Source: an uncultured Desulfobacteraceae bacterium (lineage in GTDB: Bacteria; Desulfobacterota; DSM-4660; Desulfatiglandales; HGW-15). Taken from it: DNA of 64,000 bases. Location: NCBI GenBank assembly GCA_964526655.1, contig CAZGIZ010000001.1, forward strand, positions 6,220 through 70,219. The letters run 5' to 3'. Below are positions 29,494 through 37,296 of this stretch, piece by piece; position 1 is the first letter of the stretch; every line of letters starts with the position of its first letter. The notes below the pieces were generated by a model. That model ran no database searches. It was given only the letters and a program-made list of their open reading frames with translations, and was not told the origin of the DNA. Made by a program: the position numbers and the translations under genes.

Positions 29494-29567
29494 CTCGTAT
29501 GCCATTAAAAAAGACATGATTGTCGTTTCAGAAATCATAGGCGTTCAATGAAGGAGGTTTATCTATA

Positions 29568-29912
29568 ATGAAAAAACAATATACTTTGACGATCTTGAGT
29601 TTCAGAACATTAACCTGTTTCTTCCTTTTTATTTTTTCCCTGCTCGCCCTCGGGCCAGCCGGCCTTGCGCAGGAGCAAAAACTCAAAGGCAAGACGGTCA
29701 ATATTAACACGGCCACGCTGGAGCAACTGGAGAAGGTCCCCCTCATGACCAAGGAACTGGCTGAGGGCATCATCAACTATCGCGAAGAAAATGGTGATTT
29801 TCAAGTTTTGGAAGAGCTGCTTCAGGTCCCGGGATTTACACGTGAATTGCTCAGAAAGATGAAGCCCTTCCTGCTGCTGGAAGGCTTGGGCGGCGAGGAA
29901 TGTACCTGCTGA
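29568..29912 (+). CDS. exported ComEA-type helix-hairpin-helix protein ending in Cys-Thr-Cys
   Basis: 114-aa. AAGGAGG RBS and signal peptide ..LLALGPAGLAQE. VNINTATLEQLEKVPLMTKELAEGIINYREENGDFQVLEELLQVPGFTRELLRKMKP matches the HhH domain. Ends GGEECTC. Confidence 0.65.
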   Translation: MKKQYTLTILSFRTLTCFFLFIFSLLALGPAGLAQEQKLKGKTVNINTATLEQLEKVPLMTKELAEGIINYREENGDFQVLEELLQVPGFTRELLRKMKPFLLLEGLGGEECTC

Positions 29913-29954
29913 TACCTTTTACCTGGAATAATCAGGAAGTAAGGGAATCGGGAT

Positions 29955-30587
29955 ATGCGACCGAAATATGGGATGGTAATCGATGCCTCAATCTGCATTA
30001 ACTGTAGGGCATGTATCGTTGCCTGCCAGTTAGAGAATGGAGTTCCACCAGATTTCACACGGGCCTGGATTAAAGAGACTTCTTTAAATAATGGGACGAA
30101 AGTGAATTTTCAACCGGGTAATTGCATGCAGTGCGACATGCCGACCTGTGTGGATGCCTGCCCGGTCAATGCCACCTATAAGGGTAAAGACGGGAGAGTA
30201 ATCATCGATCCTTTACTCTGCATCGGTTGTGGGCTCTGTATTCCCGCTTGCCCCTATGGCGCACGGTTTCTCCACCCATATAGGGATATCGCAGATAAAT
30301 GCGACTTTTGTGGCCACCGATTGAAACGAGGTTTGGAGCCGGCCTGCGTGGTGACCTGCCCTACTGGTGTGCGCCTATTCGGAGATTTCAACGATCCTTC
30401 GAGCAAAGTCAGCCGGCTTGTGAAGCAAGGAGGCCTCGTTCGAGTGGTCAATACCAAAGTCGATACGAAACCAAACATCTACTATTTCAAAAACACGGCC
30501 CCGCTTGACTGGCCGGAGGATCCGGAACTTCCAGATCCGGACGAACTGGAGGAGATCCGTAAGATGAATATTGATGAAAGAGGATGA
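29955..30587 (+). CDS. 4Fe-4S dicluster-domain electron-transfer subunit (PsrB/DmsB/NrfC type, four clusters)
   Basis: 210-aa. Cys groups CINCRACIVAC, CMQCDMPTCVDACP, CIGCGLCIPACP and CDFCGHR..(N)..CVVTCP. No signal peptide, which fits Tat hitch-hiking with the catalytic subunit. Confidence 0.85.
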   Translation: MRPKYGMVIDASICINCRACIVACQLENGVPPDFTRAWIKETSLNNGTKVNFQPGNCMQCDMPTCVDACPVNATYKGKDGRVIIDPLLCIGCGLCIPACPYGARFLHPYRDIADKCDFCGHRLKRGLEPACVVTCPTGVRLFGDFNDPSSKVSRLVKQGGLVRVVNTKVDTKPNIYYFKNTAPLDWPEDPELPDPDELEEIRKMNIDERG

Positions 30588-30775
30588 ATATATTCTATCC
30601 TGGCCGGTCAACCATGTAAAGGTGAGAGTCCATCTGGGCAATCTCTTGTCTGATCGGGGCTCGCGTATTGGAAGTCTCAATTATTTCTCAGGTGGGAAGG
30701 AGGTGAAAAAAGGATTTACCATAGGGAATTGTTGTTAATCCAATTCTTCAACACTGTTTAATAAAGGAGGATAAG

Positions 30776-32140
30776 ATGAAAAAAACATTGAGTCTGCTAT
30801 TCGTTGTTTTCTTTGTGACGGTATGCTTTGGCTCCGCGCTTGCCTATGAAGCCATAGTCGGTCCAACAGGGGTCCTCAAATACGACAGGGAGAAATCCTA
30901 TGGCGGTTATACCCTGTTTGCTCCCATGATCGGTTGTAAAACAACATACCTCATCGACATGGAGGGAGACCTGATCCACAAATGGGAATCAGAATATCCC
31001 CCGGGATTCTATGCTATGCTGCTACCCAATGGCAATCTGCTCCGAGGTGGCAACATGGCGCAAAAGGGAGACAATAAATGTAACATCGGTGGCGCGGCCG
31101 GCACCGTGCAGGAGATCGATTGGGACGGCAATGTGGTTTGGGAGTATAAAATGAACACCCCAACGGAGGTCCAGCACCATTGCTTCGATAGAATGCCCAA
31201 TGGCAATACCCTGATACTTGGCTGGGAGAAAAAGACACGGGATGAATGGATTGCCAAGGGACGCAACCCAGAATCTATCCCCACATCATGTTTCTACCAT
31301 GGATTTCGCTTCATGGACCTTTGGGTGGATTTTGTCCGCGAGGTCGATAAAAATGGTATGACGGTCTGGGAGTGGCATGTATGGGATCATATCGGGCCGG
31401 GCCCCCATCAATTCAACGTCAATTACCAACTCCCTAAGGGTGTCGGAGATTATGAGTGGAATTACGATTGGACCCACTTCAATACATGCGAGTACATTCC
31501 GGAGAATGACTGGCTCCTCCTGAACTCACGTAATTTCAGTGAGTTTTATATTATCGATCACAAGACCGGCCAAATGCTCTATCGATGGGGCAATCCCAGC
31601 ACCTATGGTCAGGGAAGGAGGCCCTCCTGGTTAGATAATGGCGACCAGAAGGTCTTCGGGAACCATAATGCCACATGGTTGGGGAAAAATCGCGTACAGT
31701 TGTTCGATAACGGCTCCGAACGCGCGGAGGGCAACCGCTCGGCGGTAATGGAAATCGACATTACAACAAATAAAATCGTCTGGGAGTACGAGACCAAGAC
31801 ATCCAACAGCTTTTTTTCCTACCGCCAGGGGGCCGCGCAAAGACTGCCTAATGGAAATGTACACGTAACATCCACCCATGGCGGACATCTGTTCGAGGTG
31901 ACCCAGAAAGGGGAGGTAGTGTGGGATTTCGTAAGTCCAGTACGCCTGGGCAAAATGCATTGCTTCTTTGAAGATGGCGACTCGCCCAACGGCATGTTCA
32001 ATATGATCCATAGATCCTATCGCTATGGCGCAGATTATTCAGGCCTGAAGGGCAAGGATTTGAGCAAGAAGGGGCCATTAACCGAGTGTCCCAAGTTTTT
32101 TGAAACCTATAAAACAGATGTAATAGAGAAAAAGAAATAA
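30776..32140 (+). CDS. arylsulfotransferase (ASST)-like exported beta-propeller protein, divergent paralog
   Basis: 454-aa. AAGGAGG RBS, signal peptide ending SALA-YE. Shares YGGYTLFAP....TYLIDMEGDLIHKW and RLPNGN......GHLFEVT..GEVVWDF with the 20401 gene but is otherwise divergent. Confidence 0.6.
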   Translation: MKKTLSLLFVVFFVTVCFGSALAYEAIVGPTGVLKYDREKSYGGYTLFAPMIGCKTTYLIDMEGDLIHKWESEYPPGFYAMLLPNGNLLRGGNMAQKGDNKCNIGGAAGTVQEIDWDGNVVWEYKMNTPTEVQHHCFDRMPNGNTLILGWEKKTRDEWIAKGRNPESIPTSCFYHGFRFMDLWVDFVREVDKNGMTVWEWHVWDHIGPGPHQFNVNYQLPKGVGDYEWNYDWTHFNTCEYIPENDWLLLNSRNFSEFYIIDHKTGQMLYRWGNPSTYGQGRRPSWLDNGDQKVFGNHNATWLGKNRVQLFDNGSERAEGNRSAVMEIDITTNKIVWEYETKTSNSFFSYRQGAAQRLPNGNVHVTSTHGGHLFEVTQKGEVVWDFVSPVRLGKMHCFFEDGDSPNGMFNMIHRSYRYGADYSGLKGKDLSKKGPLTECPKFFETYKTDVIEKKK

Positions 32141-32148
32141 TCCCATAT

Positions 32149-32185
32149 GAAGGCCCTGAGCATGCATGGCATGGTCAGGGCCTTC
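32149..32185. terminator. bidirectional stem-loop between convergent genes (GAAGGCCCTGA-N15-TCAGGGCCTTC)
   Basis: 11-bp perfect arms at 32149-32159 and 32175-32185. The 3' arm plus flank (TCAGGGCCTTCATT) is repeated directly at 32191-32204. Confidence 0.5.
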
Positions 32186-32237
32186 ATTCGTCAGGGCCTT
32201 CATTCCCACGCCCGGCCTGGATATCTACGATTTCCTT

Positions 32238-33269
32238 TTAATCCGAGCTTTTGGGATCAAGCGTAAAGGTCATACCGTCTTCTCCCATCACGACCTCTCC
32301 GTCGTATACATCACCGACTCCTTTCATGAACATTCTTTTAAGGATAAAGTTGGTAACCGGCGGGACAATGTGGGCCAGCACAAGCGTCTTGGCACCGGCT
32401 TCCTTTGCCACTTCCGCGGCTTGAACAGGATCCATCAGATACTCCATGATGTCTTTGGTTATTTTGGCGAGCCGCGGCCTGTTATTCTCCATTGCGGTCT
32501 TTGAGATGGTTTCCACGAGATTGAATGAAAGGGCGTTACTGATCAGGATATCGGCATTTTTGGATTGTTTTATCAAGTTGGGGGTTTTCTTCGTATCCCC
32601 TGAAATGACAACCCTGTTACCTTTATATTCAAAACGATATCCAAAGGCCGGCTCTACCGGATAATGATCGACCATGAATGCAAATACCTTCAAGCCGTTT
32701 CTCTCGAAAACCAGTTCCGCACCGTCAGGATTTTCTATTATAACGGTCCTGCTGACAGGTACGGCGGCCGCCGGTTTGAGAACGGATTCACCGTGATGAG
32801 CGATTCTGTATTTTGTATCCAGGGCATAGGCCATGGTAAAGCCACTTACCACCTGTTCCACACCCTCCGGACCGTAGATCTCAAGGCTCTTCTCTCTTCC
32901 CGCGACCCATGATCCGAAATTCGCCTCTCCAAGATCACCGATATGATCAGAATGAAAATGCGTCAGCAAGATCGTACTCAAATTGCCCAAAGGCAGATTT
33001 AACAAATCCGCGTTCCTCCAGGTGCCCGGGCCGACGTCGACCAACAGAAAGGTGCCCCCGGCGATAATCGCTGTGCTGGTGGCGACCCTTTCCGAATTGT
33101 TGATAGGCCCCCCAGAACCAACCAGAAATACATGCATTTTATCATCCTTGAGGATCTCCAGTTTCTGCCGGTTCAGCCCTTTTATTATACGATTTTCAAC
33201 GATTTTCTGGCAGGATAACAGGGTAGAAGTCATCACAACCAGGACGATATAAATCATAACCCTTTTCAT
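32238..33269 (-). CDS. MBL-fold metallo-hydrolase (RNase Z/BN-like), probable lipoprotein
   Basis: 343-aa. Lipobox LLSC and the THFHSDHIGD metal motif. Confidence 0.75.
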   Translation of the reverse strand: MKRVMIYIVLVVMTSTLLSCQKIVENRIIKGLNRQKLEILKDDKMHVFLVGSGGPINNSERVATSTAIIAGGTFLLVDVGPGTWRNADLLNLPLGNLSTILLTHFHSDHIGDLGEANFGSWVAGREKSLEIYGPEGVEQVVSGFTMAYALDTKYRIAHHGESVLKPAAAVPVSRTVIIENPDGAELVFERNGLKVFAFMVDHYPVEPAFGYRFEYKGNRVVISGDTKKTPNLIKQSKNADILISNALSFNLVETISKTAMENNRPRLAKITKDIMEYLMDPVQAAEVAKEAGAKTLVLAHIVPPVTNFILKRMFMKGVGDVYDGEVVMGEDGMTFTLDPKSSD

Positions 33270-33380
33270 TGAATACCTCCATTATGGATGGCATGAAAAA
33301 TACGCCTTTTTCCATAAGCCGCAGGTCTATAATAAAATGGACTTAAAAACCAGCTAAACGTTTTAATATCCCAATATCTT

Positions 33381-33638
33381 TTGGATGATATGTCACGGAA
33401 ATTTAAACATCCTATAGAAGTGGCACCCATCGACACTATAACGAGGAAGGCATTCAGACTATTACGGCATATCAAGTCGGTGACCTTCACGATGGTAAAT
33501 GAGGGTTATCTTACTGCCAGGATCACAGACATAATGATCGAGGAAGAAGACGGCTTTTATTTTCTATTCGCCAGAGGAAATCCTTTTTTTAAACAGCTAA
33601 ATGAGAATCTGAGAATTGCAATCTGCACCCCATGTTGA
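33381..33638 (+). pseudogene. possible remnant of a PNPOx-like/flavin-binding split-barrel gene
   Basis: The 85-aa fragment resembles the N-terminal half of pyridoxamine-5'-phosphate-oxidase-family proteins. A C-terminal-like piece (LYPGEKRNILEAFQF) continues in another frame after the stop. Confidence 0.3.
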
Positions 33639-33774
33639 ATGACCTCTATCCCGGTGAAAAGCGTAATATCCTTGAAGCGTTTCAATTTAGATATTTCTAC
33701 ACAAAGAAAAAGGGGTCTTAGATATGCTAAAACCCCTTGATTTCTATGGTTTTTAATATTATAAAACTACGCGT

Positions 33775-33859
<85 letters not shown>

Positions 33860-33866
33860 GAAAAAT

Positions 33867-34124
33867 CTACTTTTCCTCCTCTGCCACGCATTTCAGTGCA
33901 AAACATTTGTCAACAATATGATCCTTCTCATCCATCATCTGGACAAGAAATTCATGTACCTTCTGCTCTTCCCTCAAAAATCCTTCCATTTCCCTAATAT
34001 TTCTTTCCCTCACGCTGTTTATGACGGACATTAGCTTCATGGCCGCGTCCCTGAAAGAATTATATGTTCTTAAGAATTCTTGGGTCGCCAAGTCGAGTTC
34101 ATCATCAATTTTTTTTCTGTTCAT
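33867..34124 (-). CDS. hypothetical coiled-coil protein
   Basis: 85-aa charged helical ORF in an AT-rich region next to the tRNA. No family recognised. Confidence 0.3.
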   Translation of the reverse strand: MNRKKIDDELDLATQEFLRTYNSFRDAAMKLMSVINSVRERNIREMEGFLREEQKVHEFLVQMMDEKDHIVDKCFALKCVAEEEK

Positions 34125-34432
34125 TATTCCACCTCATAAACAGCAGTTAATCGCTTCCAATTCGACCCCATGGACATATTTACAGACGTTATGATAGATA
34201 AGATTATATTGTATGTCAACAAGAAAATAACACAATATATTGTATTTATTCCCTTTTGTTTGCTGTTTTTTAATATGGTCAGTAATTTTTTTTCGTTTAT
34301 AATCGGCGTCAATTCATTTTCAAATTCAGGATGAAATTGAGATGAATAAGGCTATTGTTGCGGTGGCCCTGCTGGTCAGGAGCTTCAGCCATATTTCCGG
34401 AAGGCTCCGCTACAAATTCTAATGACCACATT

Positions 34433-34461
34433 TTGACAAAGGAACTTAGGTGGGATATCAT
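34433..34461 (+). promoter_or_regulatory. candidate sigma-70 promoter
   Basis: TTGACA, 17 nt, TATCAT, about 90 nt upstream of the small ORF at 34550. Confidence 0.35.
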
Positions 34462-34549
34462 TGTATAGCTTTCGACATCCAGCTAATTAAAGATTATGAT
34501 ATAAATATATGTAACCGCTTAACGACAAAAAAGATGAGGAATAAATTAT

Positions 34550-34723
34550 ATGCTTGAACCGGGAACCAGGATTGAGATGACAAAGGGATACAAAGAAGTC
34601 AAGGGAGTTATCAATGAGCTCACTGACTCCGATTACGAGTTTTATGTAGTGGCCCTTGACAACGGGATCAATATCATCGCCGGACCGTCCGCTTTTGTAC
34701 CGGAACCGGACAAAGGTGAATAA
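34550..34723 (+). CDS. 57-aa hypothetical protein (not in the ORF track)
   Basis: My own translation: MLEPGTRIEMTKGYKEVKGVINELTDSDYEFYVVALDNGINIIAGPSAFVPEPDKGE. GAGGAA RBS. A CCCCTGC/GCAGGGG hairpin follows the stop. The annotated antisense 97-aa ORF looks spurious. Confidence 0.35.
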   Translation: MLEPGTRIEMTKGYKEVKGVINELTDSDYEFYVVALDNGINIIAGPSAFVPEPDKGE

Positions 34724-34940
34724 AGCCCCCTGCCGGTACAGCAGGGGATTAGACCCTAATGGAATGTTAAACGGAATCACTTGAGCTCACTCAGAGTAAA
34801 ATCAACTTGACAATCATTATTAAGAGTTGTAATTTGTAAAGAATCGAAGTGACTGCTAATTTGGATGGGCCCGGCCCTTCGACAGCAGGCTGAGGGACCT
34901 GACTCTTCACGAACCCAAATGTTTTAAGGGGTGTCTGCCA

Positions 34941-36059
34941 ATGAAAAAGGGATATATCACTTTCATGCTCCTCCTGACTATCGTCTCCTTATTATTCGCT
35001 CCTCCATTAATCCGGGCACGGACCCTAACTCACATTGTTGAAAAGGGTGATACGCTCTGGGATTTATGTGAAAAATACTATGGCGATCCCGAATTGTGGC
35101 CAAAGCTCTGGCAAATGAACCCCTTCATCACCAATCCCCACCTCCTGAACCCCGGTGATGTCATCACTCTCTTTGAGGAACCCCCCGTAAAAGAGACCAA
35201 ACCGCCTGAGGTCGCGGAGGAGGTGCCACCCGCTATACCAACTGAGCCTGAGCCCGAGGTGATGGGAATCGGTTTGGAAGGACTCACGGAAGTAAACGCC
35301 CTCGGTTATCTCTCCCATAAAAAAATCCGGCCCTGGGGTACAATCTTCGCCACTGATAGCAGCAGGATATTATTAAGCGGTGGCGATATCGTATTTGTGA
35401 TCTTTGATGAATCCAGGCAGATAATCGCAGGAGATGAATTTTCCATCGGCAACGTCTCTCCCCTGCTCAAACATCCCATAACAGGGGAGAATCTGGGATA
35501 TGTGTTTACGATTTGCGGCCGTCTGACCGTTGAAAAACGCCTCGGCCTGGCCCATCGGGATAAGAGGTTTTATAATAAACAGAATGTGTACCAGGCCAGG
35601 ATCATCGAGGCATTTGAACCTATACAGATTGATCAAGTTGTCATGCCCTTCAGGCCCCTGTCCCAATGCGTAATGCCGGTCCACTATTCCGGGGAACTGG
35701 TTACTAATATTGTTGCGTCAAGGGGTACGCAGATAATTCTTAAGAAGAACTCGGTCGTATATATCGATGCAGGGTCTAATCAGGGGGTCGCCAGGGGCAA
35801 TATCTTTCAGGTGGTCAAGACAAACCTGGTCCCTGACCCCAAGCCCGAAGAAGAGGATATTTTTGAGCCCGAGGGCAGGTTAATACTCCCAGACATACCA
35901 ATCGGCACGATCCTGGTCCTGGAATCCATGCCCAATACTTCCACCGCGCTGGTGCTGTCCGCCACCGAACCCTTTTCAACCGGGGCATACGTCAAAAATA
36001 TGGCCTGGCCGGAGACGCGTGATTTAATTTCGAGCAGGCTGAACTGCCCGGTTGACTGA
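34941..36059 (+). CDS. LysM domain-containing exported protein
   Basis: 372-aa. Signal peptide and a LysM motif HIVEKGDTLWDLCEKYYGDPELWPKLWQMNP...PGDVITL. Confidence 0.75.
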   Translation: MKKGYITFMLLLTIVSLLFAPPLIRARTLTHIVEKGDTLWDLCEKYYGDPELWPKLWQMNPFITNPHLLNPGDVITLFEEPPVKETKPPEVAEEVPPAIPTEPEPEVMGIGLEGLTEVNALGYLSHKKIRPWGTIFATDSSRILLSGGDIVFVIFDESRQIIAGDEFSIGNVSPLLKHPITGENLGYVFTICGRLTVEKRLGLAHRDKRFYNKQNVYQARIIEAFEPIQIDQVVMPFRPLSQCVMPVHYSGELVTNIVASRGTQIILKKNSVVYIDAGSNQGVARGNIFQVVKTNLVPDPKPEEEDIFEPEGRLILPDIPIGTILVLESMPNTSTALVLSATEPFSTGAYVKNMAWPETRDLISSRLNCPVD

Positions 36060-36157
36060 CACCACACAGGCGGATAAATCTCAATAAAAGACTTGACTAT
36101 TGCCTTTTGCTCTGTTTTATATTCCCGCCGTATCCAGTAAAAACCGGATCGGAAATC

Positions 36158-37261
36158 ATGCCCATTTGGTCGGATAAAAGATGCGGCTGGCTCGCCCTTT
36201 ATATGATCCCGGGCCTGGGGAACATCGCCTGTAAGAACCTGTTGGAGAAGTTTGGCGATCCCGAAGGGGTCTTTCAAGCATCCGTATCCGAATTGACCGA
36301 TGTCGAAGGCATTCGAAAAGAGACGGCCCTTGATATCCAGGGGAAGAGATATCAGGGTGATCCCCAGGAAGAGCTCAAAAAGGCGGAGGAGCAAGGCGCC
36401 AGGATCGTTACCCTTGCGGACCCAATCTACCCCAAGGCCTTGAAAGAGATACATGACCCCCCCATGCTCTTGTTCATGAAGGGGAAGGATATCCCGGGCA
36501 ATGTGACCTTCATCGCCATGGTCGGATCAAGAAACGCAACCCATTATGGAATGAAGGCCGCCCAGAAGATCGGACAGGGTCTTGCGAGACGAGGATTCGG
36601 GGTTGTGAGCGGCATGGCAAGGGGCATAGATTCCGCGTCCCACTGGGGCTGCCTGTCCGGCAAGGGATTTACCATTGCGGTTCTTGGGACTGGAATAGAT
36701 ATCGTCTATCCGCCATCCAACAGGAAACTGATCCGGGAGATCATTCAGGAAGGGGCTGTGATCTCTGAATTCCCGATGGGAACTCCGCCCACGCCGACCA
36801 ATTTTCCCATACGGAATAGAATAATAAGCGGACTCAGCAGGGGCGTGGCCGTTATTGAGGCGACCAAAAAAAGCGGTTCCCTTATCACCGCGTCCCTGGC
36901 CCTTGAGCAGGGTCGTGAAGTATTCGCCGTGCCGGGGAGCATTGACTCCTTCAAAAGCACAGGGACCCATTTTCTTATCAAACAGGGTGCCAGGCTGATA
37001 GAGAATTCCGATGACATACTCGAAGAGTTGGGCTTTAATTATCCCTACGCACCCAAGACCGACACCTTCAAACAGGGACCGCTGCCTCCCATGGACGAAT
37101 CGGAAAAAACCATCTTCGATATGGTTGGAGATTATCCCATGCATATCGACCAGATAGCGAGACAATGCCGCCTGGAACCGGGCGCCGTATCGAGCGCCCT
37201 ATTGCGGATGGAGTTAAAGGGTATTATAAGGCAGTTGCCAGGTAAGATGTTCATCCGCTGA
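36158..37261 (+). CDS. dprA: DNA-processing protein DprA/Smf
   Basis: The ORF is open from 36107 and ATG 36158 is preferred. Motifs MVGSRNAT.YG, SGMARGIDSASH, LGTGIDIVYP and GSLITA are typical of DprA. Confidence 0.85.
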   Translation: MPIWSDKRCGWLALYMIPGLGNIACKNLLEKFGDPEGVFQASVSELTDVEGIRKETALDIQGKRYQGDPQEELKKAEEQGARIVTLADPIYPKALKEIHDPPMLLFMKGKDIPGNVTFIAMVGSRNATHYGMKAAQKIGQGLARRGFGVVSGMARGIDSASHWGCLSGKGFTIAVLGTGIDIVYPPSNRKLIREIIQEGAVISEFPMGTPPTPTNFPIRNRIISGLSRGVAVIEATKKSGSLITASLALEQGREVFAVPGSIDSFKSTGTHFLIKQGARLIENSDDILEELGFNYPYAPKTDTFKQGPLPPMDESEKTIFDMVGDYPMHIDQIARQCRLEPGAVSSALLRMELKGIIRQLPGKMFIR

Positions 37262-37296
37262 TAAAAAGTTAAAGGACTCCCATTTGTGATTGATAA

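Noticed and set aside
32166-32504. 112-aa plus-strand ORF after the second ASST-like gene
   Set aside because: It starts inside the convergent terminator hairpin and is antisense to the 3' end of the MBL hydrolase gene.
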